From Candidatus Pacebacteria bacterium RIFOXYA1_FULL_38_18 (GTDB lineage Bacteria; Patescibacteriota; Microgenomatia; UBA1400; PJMF01), in the NCBI GenBank assembly GCA_001787405.1, contig MFWV01000007.1:15694-79693 (forward strand): a stretch of DNA of 64,000 nt. Reading direction: 5' to 3'. Below the pieces are notes generated by a model, which saw only the letters and a program-made list of their open reading frames with translations, was not told the origin of the DNA and ran no database searches. Made by a program: the position numbers and the translations under genes. Positions 23,096 to 32,182 of this stretch are shown here, one piece after another (positions within the stretch are counted from its first letter, which is position 1; every line of letters starts with the position of its first letter).

Positions 23096-24187
23096 ATGAC
23101 GGAACAAACAACCCAATCAGTTAGTATGGAGGCCTTGCTGAATATTTTAATCGATCAGCGAGGTTCTGATTTACATCTATTGGTTGATTCGCCACCTACG
23201 ATCAGAGTCAATGGAGAGCTTACTGCTTTGCCCAATTTTCCGCCCCTGACTATTGAAGCGACCAAACGCTTGGTTGCCTCATTGATGACAATCGAACAAA
23301 TAGAATACATAAACGCCAATAAAGAGCTTGATTTCGGCTATCAATACAAAGGTCTTGGCAGATTCAGAGTAAATGTTTATCAAGAAAAAGGTCAAATTGC
23401 AGCGGCTTTGCGTTTGATTCCTGCGGAAATTATGAGTATTGATAAGCTTGGTTTGCCAGATGTTTTTCATCAATTTACCAAATTTTCTCAAGGTTTGATT
23501 TTGGTCACTGGTCCGACTGGAGAAGGCAAAAGCACTACTTTGGCAGCTGTGATTGATGAGATTAATCGCACACGCAGAGAACACATTGTCACCATTGAAG
23601 ATCCGATAGAATTTATTTATAAACCAAATAAAAGCCTGATTTCTCAGCGCGAACTGAATCGCGACACTCATTCTTGGAATATGGCTCTGCGTTCTGTTTT
23701 ACGCGAGGATCCCGATGTTGTTTTGATTGGTGAATTGAGAGATTACGATACTATTGCTTCTGCTATTACCATTGCTGAAACAGGTCATTTGGTACTTGGT
23801 ACACTACACACTTCTACGGCTGCTCAAACAGTAGATAGAATTATTGATGTTTTCCCCTCTCATCAACAGGATCAGGTTCGCACTCAGTTAGCTTCTACTT
23901 TGAGCTTAGTAGCCTCTCAACGTTTGGTTCCCAGAGCAGATAATAGCGGTTTGCAAGCGGTTTTTGAGTTGTTGATTGCCAATTCAGCAACGCGCAATTT
24001 GATCAGAGAAAACAAAACTCATCAAATTGATAATGTTATTCAAACCTCGGCTGAGGAGGGAATGATGTTGATGGAAACAAACTTGGCGAGTCTAGTCAAT
24101 CAAGGTGTAATTTCCAGAGAAAAGGCTTTGCGCGCGGCGATGAGACCCAATGTCTTAATACGTTTATTGGGCAATCAAGAGTCATAA
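23096..24187 (+). CDS. pilT: Type IV pilus retraction ATPase
   Basis: GSDLHL, RFRVN, GPTGEGKST, LREDPD, AETGHLV, ATRNLIRE (AIRNLIRE-like). Confidence 0.95.
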   Translation: MTEQTTQSVSMEALLNILIDQRGSDLHLLVDSPPTIRVNGELTALPNFPPLTIEATKRLVASLMTIEQIEYINANKELDFGYQYKGLGRFRVNVYQEKGQIAAALRLIPAEIMSIDKLGLPDVFHQFTKFSQGLILVTGPTGEGKSTTLAAVIDEINRTRREHIVTIEDPIEFIYKPNKSLISQRELNRDTHSWNMALRSVLREDPDVVLIGELRDYDTIASAITIAETGHLVLGTLHTSTAAQTVDRIIDVFPSHQQDQVRTQLASTLSLVASQRLVPRADNSGLQAVFELLIANSATRNLIRENKTHQIDNVIQTSAEEGMMLMETNLASLVNQGVISREKALRAAMRPNVLIRLLGNQES

Positions 24188-24202
24188 AATCAAGCTTTAA
24201 TT

Positions 24203-25405
24203 ATGTCAATTTTTTCATATACGGCCAAAAATACTCACGGAGAAGTAATCAAAGGCAAGGTAGAGGCACAAACCAAAGCTCAAGCTGCCTCGATGCTATT
24301 TAGTCGCAATTTATTGGTGATCAAGATTTCTCCTATAGGAGATTCTAGTTTAGCTTTTGTGACTGAAGCATTAAACAAAGTCAAACACGAAGACTTGGTC
24401 AATTTTACTCGTCAATTATCTACCATGATTAGTGCTGGTTTGCCGTTGGCGACAGGACTGACTATCCTACGTGAACAAAACAATCCAGCCATGGCAGAGG
24501 TAGTGACTGATCTTTTACGCGAAATAGAAGGCGGAAATACTTTTGCCAAATCACTGGAAAAGCAACCAGATGTTTTTGATAGAATTTATATTCAGCTTAT
24601 CAAAGCAGGAGAATTGGGTGGAGTGATGGATAAGGTTCTGAGCAAATTGGCCGAAAACTTGGAAAAAGACAAAGAATTTCGAGCCAAGACCAAAGGAGCC
24701 ATGATCTATCCAGTAATTGTTTTGGTTGCGATGTTGGTTGTGGGTTTTATCATGTTGGTTTTTGTGATTCCCAAATTGACGGCCATGTACCAAGATTTTG
24801 GAGCAGAATTACCTCTACCTACCTTGATTTTAATCGGGCTTGCCAATTTTGCCTCTCGTTTTTGGTGGCTGTTTATTCTTTTATTAATTGGTGGCGGTGC
24901 TATTTTTAAGAAATGGTCCAAGACCATTACTGGCCAAAGAAAAATCGACTCGATTTTACTTAAAGTTCCCATTATTGGCACTCTCCGGCAAAAAATTATC
25001 TTGACCAATTTCTCCAGAACCCTGTCATTGCTTTTAACTTCTGGAGTGCCATTATTAAGTTCCTTGGGGATCGTATCTGAGGCAGTAGACAGTATTTTGT
25101 ATCGTGAGGCTTTACAAGAGGTAAATAAAAAAGTGGAAAAAGGAGTGTCACTTTCTAGAGCCATGTCAGTTTATGATTTATTTCCCGGCATCTTGCATCA
25201 AATGTTGAGTGTGGGTGAGGAAACCGGTAAATTAGATGAGGTATTATTGAAATTATCCAGTTATTTTGAGGCAGAAAGCGAGCAAGCAGTCAAAAACCTG
25301 ACTTCGGCTATGGAGCCACTCATCATGGTGGTCTTAGGTTTGGGTGTGGGCGCGATGGTAATTGCCATTATTATGCCTATCTATAGTTTGACCAGTCAAT
25401 TTTAG
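24203..25405 (+). CDS. pilC: Type IV pilus platform protein PilC/GspF
   Basis: Two T2SSF repeats (FTRQLSTMISAGLPL; FSRTLSLLLTSGVPL), GEETGKLD, EP. Confidence 0.95.
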   Translation: MSIFSYTAKNTHGEVIKGKVEAQTKAQAASMLFSRNLLVIKISPIGDSSLAFVTEALNKVKHEDLVNFTRQLSTMISAGLPLATGLTILREQNNPAMAEVVTDLLREIEGGNTFAKSLEKQPDVFDRIYIQLIKAGELGGVMDKVLSKLAENLEKDKEFRAKTKGAMIYPVIVLVAMLVVGFIMLVFVIPKLTAMYQDFGAELPLPTLILIGLANFASRFWWLFILLLIGGGAIFKKWSKTITGQRKIDSILLKVPIIGTLRQKIILTNFSRTLSLLLTSGVPLLSSLGIVSEAVDSILYREALQEVNKKVEKGVSLSRAMSVYDLFPGILHQMLSVGEETGKLDEVLLKLSSYFEAESEQAVKNLTSAMEPLIMVVLGLGVGAMVIAIIMPIYSLTSQF

Positions 25406-25406
25406 A

Positions 25407-25499
25407 CAAGTGACTGATTTTTTGATTCACACGTTTCCATTTGAGTGAAAATTATACCCTTGTTTTCACAAGCGCTCGTTTTAAAAGACCAGTCACTTG
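25407..25499. repeat. 10-bp perfect inverted repeat enclosing 73 bp between pilC and the major pilin
   Basis: CAAGTGACTG (25407-25416) and CAGTCACTTG (25490-25499); inner GTGAAAA/TTTTCAC pair; minus-strand TATAAT at 25451-25456. Confidence 0.8.
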
Positions 25500-25602
25500 C
25501 TCAGTAGACTCATTTTAGTGTACAGTTATAGATGATAGAAATTAGTAATTATGCAGTTGTGGGTTAATTAATGGGTAATTTAAATAATACCAGGGAGGAA
25601 AT

Positions 25603-26253
25603 ATGAAAATACTGCCTTTTTTAAAAAATCTTCAATCACGAGTCAAACTCGGTGGTGGTAGTGGTGGTTTTACCATGATTGAGCTCTTGATCGTGATTGC
25701 TATTTTGGGTATCTTGGCGGTGGCGGTGCTATCAGCCATCAATCCAATTGAGCAAATCAATCGTAGTCGAGATACTGGTAGTCGCTCTGATGCAGAGCAA
25801 TTGATCAGTGCCATTGACCGCTACTACGCCTTCAATGGTTACTATCCATGGCAAACTGGAGCAGATGATCTAACTAACGTTGATTTGGCTTGGACGAAAT
25901 TTGATACTACGCTTTTAAAAGATAGTGGTGGGACTTGTTTTGTGGGAGAGAAACTTGGTACAGCTACTACGGCTGGTTGTACGGGTGCTGACGAGTTGAA
26001 ACAGAGTTTCTTGGAAAGAGTATCAAAAACTACCTATAACGCGTTGTATATTTACAATGACGGTAGTCAAGGTAGTAGTACTTATGCTTGCTTTGCTCCC
26101 AAATCTCAAGCCTTTGTTCAAGAAACGGAACAACGCCTTGATCCAGATGGTGATGGTACTTTGGATAACTACCCCACTGATTATCCGGCCACTGATGCGA
26201 TCGGCAATACTGCTCAATGTGGTACTGGTGGCAACTGTGTGTGTCTACCATAA
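25603..26253 (+). CDS. Type IV pilin, probable major pilin
   Basis: Class III signal G|FTMIELLIVIAILGIL; strong SD (GGGAGG), own intergenic region and downstream terminator. Confidence 0.88.
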   Translation: MKILPFLKNLQSRVKLGGGSGGFTMIELLIVIAILGILAVAVLSAINPIEQINRSRDTGSRSDAEQLISAIDRYYAFNGYYPWQTGADDLTNVDLAWTKFDTTLLKDSGGTCFVGEKLGTATTAGCTGADELKQSFLERVSKTTYNALYIYNDGSQGSSTYACFAPKSQAFVQETEQRLDPDGDGTLDNYPTDYPATDAIGNTAQCGTGGNCVCLP

Positions 26254-26277
26254 GGTTGGAAGTTAAATCAAAAAATA

Positions 26278-26308
26278 AAAAACCCCGAACTTAAACTTCG
26301 GGGTTTTT
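26278..26308 (+). terminator. Rho-independent terminator after the major pilin
   Basis: AAAAACCCCGAA-CTTAAAC-TTCGGGGTTTTT. Confidence 0.88.
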
Positions 26309-26368
26309 AGTTTCTCTGCTGTTGGTTTAGATTTGCTCTCCTCTCCCCTGATTTAGTATACTGAACTC

Positions 26369-27187
26369 ATGGAGTTTTCTTGGCCGATAGCAATCACGGT
26401 TTTTTTACTGGGTACTGCAGTGGGCAGTTTTCTAAATGTATTGGTTTATCGCATGTTGAGAAATGAAGATTGGATTAGGGGCAGATCATATTGCGAGACT
26501 TGTCATAAACAGATTTCTTGGTATGAAAATATTCCGATCTTATCCTATCTTTGGTTAAAAGGTCGTTGTTCTCGTTGTCAAACGTTGATTAATCCTATTC
26601 ATCCTACTTTGGAGTTGTTGACGGGCGCACTTTTTTTATGGTGGTATGTAGAAGGCTGGCAAGTATTTATGGCCAAAGCCTGGCTATTGCCTATCTTGCA
26701 ACCATTGTTTTGGTTAGTAATTGGTCTGGTTTCAATTACTATCATTATTGCTGATTTCAGAGAAATGATCATTCCTCGTTGCTCAGTCTCTCTTTTGATT
26801 ATTCTTACCCTGCTTTATCGGTTAGTTTTAATTCTCACGGGTGAAATGCAAGCGGTTGATCTTTGGTGGAGTTTGCTTTGGTCACTGATTTTGGTTTTAG
26901 TTTTCTTTTTTTTATGGTGGGTTACCAAAGGCAAGAGTTTTGGTTTTGGTGATGTACAACTAGCTTTGCCACTAGGCTTATTATTGGGCAGTTGGCAGAG
27001 AATCGTGATTGGTATTTGGCTGGCTTTTTTGATTGGAGCAGTAGTTGGTTTGTCATTAGTTTTTTCAAAAAAGAAAGGCTTTCGTCAATCAATTCCCTTT
27101 GGACCATTTTTGATTTTAGGTACGGCTTTAAGTTTGCGCTGGGGTTGGCAATTATGGGAAGCTTATCTTAAATTGATTGGTAGTTAA
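26369..27187 (+). CDS. pilD: Prepilin peptidase (A24)
   Basis: GSFLNV, two CxxC pairs, NIPILSYL, catalytic Asp in IIAD and GFGDV, IPFGPF. Confidence 0.95.
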   Translation: MEFSWPIAITVFLLGTAVGSFLNVLVYRMLRNEDWIRGRSYCETCHKQISWYENIPILSYLWLKGRCSRCQTLINPIHPTLELLTGALFLWWYVEGWQVFMAKAWLLPILQPLFWLVIGLVSITIIIADFREMIIPRCSVSLLIILTLLYRLVLILTGEMQAVDLWWSLLWSLILVLVFFFLWWVTKGKSFGFGDVQLALPLGLLLGSWQRIVIGIWLAFLIGAVVGLSLVFSKKKGFRQSIPFGPFLILGTALSLRWGWQLWEAYLKLIGS

Positions 27188-27204
27188 AAAAGAATAAAAA
27201 ATCT

Positions 27205-28239
27205 ATGAGAGTGCTAAAAATTTTTTTCAGTTTTGTTTTCGCTTTGTTAATCTTGGGGTCTTTGAGCTGGCTTTCTTGGCGTGAAATTCAACTTTACCGA
27301 GCAATTAGTCAAGTCAGATCTTCTGCAAGAAAAATGCGCGAACTGCAACCCAGCGGTCAATTTAGTCAAAATTGTTTGATATATGGTGGCTCACCAGTTG
27401 ATAGCCAAACTTTGACTAGAACACAATTGCGTTTTATTTCAAATAAAGATTATGTTTTGGAAATAGTTTGTCAAACAAACGAATCTTTGCGTCAATTAGT
27501 TGAAGAAGCTACTTTGCCAATGCTGGTAAATAAAGATTCCAATCAATCTGGTTTAATCTTTGGTCAAAAACAACATGGTGTGACCTTGTCGATTTTGGGC
27601 AGAACTGGAGTAGTTTATGAAGGAGAATCATTTATTCAAAGTGCTACACGTTATCGGGTTGATGATGGTTTGATTTTGGATCAAGGTCCAGTTACTGCTT
27701 GTACTGGTTATGGTTTTACTTGTTGTGACGAAACTTATCAATTGGGTCAGAATGAACAAAATACTCAAGCTTTGGATTGTCCCAAATCTTGTTATGAAAG
27801 TTGCATCGAAAAGCCAGTAATCTTGAGTTTTCATAGTCTTCCCTCTTACTCTTCGGCAGAAAAAATAATCCAAATTCAATCTGGTGAGCAGGTTGAGTTT
27901 TTTTATACAGTCAATGATATTCAGGGAGACTTGCTCACTAGAAGATTTGCTAGTCAAGAAGAGTGGTCTGATACAAGTTGGTCAGAGAAGCTAATTCGTG
28001 TCATAGAAAGTTTTTTTAATCAACAGCCAGTGACTGATAGTTTGGAAAAAATTATTGTTTCTTTTGGTGACAAAGAAACCGCAGAGCTCTCTGACTTGCA
28101 AGGATCGGTTGTACACACCTATACTTGTAATCAGCGCTTGTGTGTTTATAACGCTACTATTCAAGCCATGACCAAAAACAAGATTACTAGTTCTTTGGAT
28201 CAAGACAGTAGTATTCAAATACAAGTACAAGGACAATAA
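27205..28239 (+). CDS. Membrane-anchored Cys-rich protein with PKD/Ig-like C-terminus, pilus-associated
   Basis: N-terminal TM, CTGYGFTCCD...CPKSCYESC, C-terminal SFGD...HTY; lies inside the pil operon. Confidence 0.6.
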   Translation: MRVLKIFFSFVFALLILGSLSWLSWREIQLYRAISQVRSSARKMRELQPSGQFSQNCLIYGGSPVDSQTLTRTQLRFISNKDYVLEIVCQTNESLRQLVEEATLPMLVNKDSNQSGLIFGQKQHGVTLSILGRTGVVYEGESFIQSATRYRVDDGLILDQGPVTACTGYGFTCCDETYQLGQNEQNTQALDCPKSCYESCIEKPVILSFHSLPSYSSAEKIIQIQSGEQVEFFYTVNDIQGDLLTRRFASQEEWSDTSWSEKLIRVIESFFNQQPVTDSLEKIIVSFGDKETAELSDLQGSVVHTYTCNQRLCVYNATIQAMTKNKITSSLDQDSSIQIQVQGQ

Positions 28240-28242
28240 ATT

Positions 28243-28692
28243 ATGATAAAGTTTTCTCCCTCAAGATTTTCCCCAGGTTTTAGTTTGTTGGAGTTGTTAG
28301 TAGTAATTTCTATTATTGGAATCTTGATTGCCATCAGCACAGTTGCTTTTACCACTGCCCAAAGAACTAGTCGTGATTCTCGTCGTCGGTCTGATATCAA
28401 AGCAATGCAAGATGCTTTTGAACAATATATGGCTGACAATGGCACTTATGAAGCTTGTGCAACCATGGCAGCCTATGATAATGGCTCTGGCTCGATCATG
28501 CCGGCTGGTTTGCCGATTGATCCGCGCAATTCCGGGGATCATGTTTATAACACCAGCACTGGTTGCACGACCAGTGGTTATTGTGTTTGCGCGCTTTTGG
28601 AAAGTGGGTCTGGTAATGCAGCTGCTCCTCTTGCTGATGCGTGCAATTATGTGAGTGGCGGTGATTATTATTGTTTATCTGATCTTCAATAA
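28243..28692 (+). CDS. Minor type IV pilin / pseudopilin (GspG-like)
   Basis: G|FSLLELLVV, RDSRRRSD, P.DP, YCVCALLE. Confidence 0.88.
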   Translation: MIKFSPSRFSPGFSLLELLVVISIIGILIAISTVAFTTAQRTSRDSRRRSDIKAMQDAFEQYMADNGTYEACATMAAYDNGSGSIMPAGLPIDPRNSGDHVYNTSTGCTTSGYCVCALLESGSGNAAAPLADACNYVSGGDYYCLSDLQ

Positions 28693-28747
28693 AATTCAAA
28701 ACAAGTCAAATAAGATTGATAAATCAATTAAAAAGAAATAAAAAAAT

Positions 28748-29155
28748 ATGAGAAAACCCTCTACCCCTTCTGGTTTTACCATGATTGAGTTATTGGTGGT
28801 GGCCACAATCATGATTGTTTTGACCACGATTGGTTTGATCAGTTATCGCAGTGCCATCCAAAACAGTCGCAATGCCAAACGAAAAACAGATTTACAAATC
28901 ACTCGCCAAGCCCTAGTTCTTTATCGTAGTGATAATGGTTGTTACCCGGCAGATAATACTTTTTTGGGAATGCTGAATACCATTACTGGCTACATTAACG
29001 AAACTCCTTATGATCCACTGGGTTCTGCAGGAGCTCCACTTTATATCTATACACCCATTGATGCCGGTAGTTGTGGCATTGGTGAAGCGACTGGATTTGT
29101 TCTGGAAGCAAGTTTAGAACCGGACAATACAGCCTATACAGTTGAGAATCCGTGA
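28748..29155 (+). CDS. Minor type IV pilin / pseudopilin (GspG-like)
   Basis: G|FTMIELLVV, RNAKRKTDL, YRSDNGCYP, PYDP. Confidence 0.88.
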   Translation: MRKPSTPSGFTMIELLVVATIMIVLTTIGLISYRSAIQNSRNAKRKTDLQITRQALVLYRSDNGCYPADNTFLGMLNTITGYINETPYDPLGSAGAPLYIYTPIDAGSCGIGEATGFVLEASLEPDNTAYTVENP

Positions 29156-29174
29156 GGGATAGAAAAATAAAATC

Positions 29175-29708
29175 ATGATCAAAAAAAATATTTTTTTTCC
29201 AGTTGGTTTTTCTTTAATTGAACTGTTGGTAGTAGTAGCTATTTCCATGATTTTATTGAGCGTGGCAATTAGTTCACTGATTACTTTCAATGAACGCAGA
29301 TCAATCACCAATGCTGTAGATGAATTAAAAAGTCAAATTCAAACGGCTCAATCTAAAGCACAAGCCGGTGATTTGGGAGGGTGCAATCAGTTGGCTGGTT
29401 ATTCATTGCAAACTTATCTTAATGGTAATGTTACCGAGATATCCATGCAAGCAAGCTGTGGGGTGGGTATTCCTGACACTGCTCAAATTCAATCTTTGCC
29501 GGCTGGAGTGACCGTGACTCCCGATTTGGATGCTAATTTTCAAGTTCTCAATGCCGGAGTACAGTTGCCAAGTGGGGTGGCCAGTCAAGATTTCACGATC
29601 GCCAATAACACTCATAGTTATGTTTTTACTTTGTATCGAGAAGGTAGAACCAGTGAAGGAGCGTGGCAAGAAAATCAATTACCGGTAGGACCGGTATCAC
29701 CGTTTTAA
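29175..29708 (+). CDS. Minor type IV pilin (FimT/GspH-like)
   Basis: G|FSLIELLVV, followed by amphipathic helix AQSKAQAG. Confidence 0.85.
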   Translation: MIKKNIFFPVGFSLIELLVVVAISMILLSVAISSLITFNERRSITNAVDELKSQIQTAQSKAQAGDLGGCNQLAGYSLQTYLNGNVTEISMQASCGVGIPDTAQIQSLPAGVTVTPDLDANFQVLNAGVQLPSGVASQDFTIANNTHSYVFTLYREGRTSEGAWQENQLPVGPVSPF

Positions 29709-29718
29709 AAAACAAAAA

Positions 29719-30207
29719 ATGAAAAAATGGTTTAACAAAAAATTACTCAATCAGACCGGTTCTAGCTTGATTGAGGTGATTGTAGCTACTGGTGTTATCG
29801 CTTTGGTGTTGACGGCGCTAGTAGCTGGTATGACTGTTTCTTTACAGACTAGTGCAGAAGCAAAATATCGCTCGCAAGCTATTAAGCGAGGTCAGGAAGC
29901 GATGGAGGTTTTTCGCAGAGAGAGAACTTTATTGGGTTGGCATGGTTTTATTAATCAATTTGGTAGTGGTGGTACTTACTGTTTGCAAACGCTACCAGCA
30001 CCAAGAGGAAGTTTTACTTTGGGTGAATGCGCAAGCAATGAGAGTTTAGTCATATCAGGACTTGATTTTTATCGAAATGCAATCGTCAGCGTGGACAATA
30101 CTGATCCCACCAACGCCCAGATGAAGGTGGAAATAGTGATTACTTGGAATTCTGGTCGAACCGAGCACAACATCGATTTAACTCAGGTTTTTCGTCAATG
30201 GGATTAA
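29719..30207 (+). CDS. Minor type IV pilin (PilV/GspI-like)
   Basis: G|SSLIEVIVA, A...GQEAME..R, KVEIVITW. Confidence 0.82.
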   Translation: MKKWFNKKLLNQTGSSLIEVIVATGVIALVLTALVAGMTVSLQTSAEAKYRSQAIKRGQEAMEVFRRERTLLGWHGFINQFGSGGTYCLQTLPAPRGSFTLGECASNESLVISGLDFYRNAIVSVDNTDPTNAQMKVEIVITWNSGRTEHNIDLTQVFRQWD

Positions 30208-30231
30208 ATGAAAAGCTAACCTTTTTTTTAA

Positions 30232-30804
30232 TTAATTATTGCGTAGAGTCACTCCCGACTGAAAGGTTTCTTGAGCTGTTTCTCGGTCAGCACTCTCCCC
30301 TGCTCCAATCTGTAACTGAAATGAAATGCCGATATAAAAAGAGGATTCTTCTCCAGTCAAACAAACAAATTCTAGGTTTGACAGGTTAGTTTCATCAGAA
30401 GTCAAATAATAATAATCATTGATGGCACTAGAATAAGAAGCAATTTTGGGATTTTCCTCTGGATAAGTCTGGAGAGTAGTAATGAAACCATCAAAACCCT
30501 CTACGGCAAGACTGGTCATGGGATTGTTTGGATCATTATTGCAAGTAGTGGCTCCGTCCAGAGATGGTGCCAAACGCCGAGCATTACGTAAAATAAACTC
30601 TATATTTGACAGAGCATTTTCTCCTTCACTTTTTACTTTTTGTTCAATGCTAGTCTTTTGGGAAGTGATCAAAAAAGTCATCAAGATGGAGGTGACGGCT
30701 AGCATAATAATCACGGTTAGAGAAGTTACTACTAGTAGTTCTATCAAAGTAAAGCCGGCGGATTTTTTCAGCATTTTCATTTTTATTGTAGCGATTTTTG
30801 GCAT
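30232..30804 (-). CDS. Minor type IV pilin (PilW/GspJ-like)
   Basis: G|FTLIELLVV, IEFILRNA, C-terminal VTLRN. Confidence 0.85.
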   Translation of the reverse strand: MPKIATIKMKMLKKSAGFTLIELLVVTSLTVIIMLAVTSILMTFLITSQKTSIEQKVKSEGENALSNIEFILRNARRLAPSLDGATTCNNDPNNPMTSLAVEGFDGFITTLQTYPEENPKIASYSSAINDYYYLTSDETNLSNLEFVCLTGEESSFYIGISFQLQIGAGESADRETAQETFQSGVTLRNN

Positions 30805-30806
30805 AG

Positions 30807-32153
30807 TTAGGGAGTTGAAAACCGCGGTTGAATTTCACGAATATTAAAATGAGCAGATTTCATCAAAGTGGGAATGTTGACCATAAAATCAGGGCGAAAA
30901 ACAAAAGTTTCAGTAGGAGTAGTATTATTGACGCTATTATCTTCAAGTTTGGCAAAACTTCTTTGTAAATTAATTCCGGTCCATCCCACAAAAGTACCAG
31001 CAGCAATGAATTTTTTGTCTGGATTGGTCAAATAACTTTGTACCCAGATAGTTCCATCAGTAATAAAAACACCTTCTATCAAGGGAGTATCTGGGGAAGC
31101 TGAATCAGTATTTACATTTGCGTAACCTACATGAGGAGTAATAATTACGTCTCCTTGGCTAATAAAAGCCAGAAAGCCTCTACCCCCCCTCTCCACCGTA
31201 ATCAGCCGATTTTCTGCTCCTGGCTGATCGTCAATGATCAAATTTCCTTCCAAGAAGACAATAATTTGTTCATTGGCAGTTAAGTGCCACTGATTGCCCT
31301 CTCCGATAGTCAGATCACCACTTTGATGGTAAATAGCTGGATAATTTGCTACGGTTGGTTTCTGAGAGCTGGGCAAAGGCATTGCTTTTGCAGACATTTT
31401 TTTATAAAAATAGGCATAATTTTCCGTAGGCAAACTTATACCAAGTGCAAAACCTTGATCAGAATTAGAGCGCTGATCTGGATCATGAATAAAGTTTCCA
31501 CCGGTTGCGTGAGTATAAATAATTCCGTCACTACTAAAAGCAAAACCGGGACTATCCAGAGTTGTTTGATTATCATCACCGATCAATGCCGGCAAACAGC
31601 CAGCAGTAGTATTGCAGTATCCAGGCGTTCCAGCCAAACTTACGGGAATTAAACTCTGGATATTATATTTGGAAAAAACATTGCCGCCTCGTACTTGCCA
31701 CCAGGCGTTATTTTGTACATTAGCTCGTTTGACAAAGACATTGATCGGTCCAGGAGTGGCTGGATTTTGATTGGTAAAAACACATTGATACGCATCCAAA
31801 GGATTGGCGTTACAGGCACACTGCCAAGCATTGGTTGGATCCGGTGGAGGATAAGGCAGACTAATAGTGACTGAATAATCAGGATAGTTGCCTTCTACTT
31901 GAACAGAATAAGTATTATCAATTACATTACCAGAGTTTTCTTCTCCAGGCCTACTGGCTTTGATTTTGAAACCCACTCCGCTCACTTGTGTAGTAGTCAG
32001 GCCAGCGCAGCGATTATCAGTACTCTCAAAACCCACAGGTGTGGCATTTTCATCAACAAAGATTCCCCCACCAAAGCCAGCAGCACTGACTATTTGACTT
32101 GAACGAATCAACACGAGAAAAAAACTCAAACCAATCAAAATGATTTTTCGCAT
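30807..32153 (-). CDS. Secreted protein, putative pilus-associated adhesin (paralog of the adjacent gene)
   Basis: Signal peptide MRKIILIG..; shares NAWxCACNA, WxQxxGG and FxFRPDF...REIxP C-terminal domain with 32183-34219; co-oriented with a minor pilin. Confidence 0.6.
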   Translation of the reverse strand: MRKIILIGLSFFLVLIRSSQIVSAAGFGGGIFVDENATPVGFESTDNRCAGLTTTQVSGVGFKIKASRPGEENSGNVIDNTYSVQVEGNYPDYSVTISLPYPPPDPTNAWQCACNANPLDAYQCVFTNQNPATPGPINVFVKRANVQNNAWWQVRGGNVFSKYNIQSLIPVSLAGTPGYCNTTAGCLPALIGDDNQTTLDSPGFAFSSDGIIYTHATGGNFIHDPDQRSNSDQGFALGISLPTENYAYFYKKMSAKAMPLPSSQKPTVANYPAIYHQSGDLTIGEGNQWHLTANEQIIVFLEGNLIIDDQPGAENRLITVERGGRGFLAFISQGDVIITPHVGYANVNTDSASPDTPLIEGVFITDGTIWVQSYLTNPDKKFIAAGTFVGWTGINLQRSFAKLEDNSVNNTTPTETFVFRPDFMVNIPTLMKSAHFNIREIQPRFSTP

Positions 32154-32182
32154 TAATATCAGTGTACAAGAAATCTTCTTTG

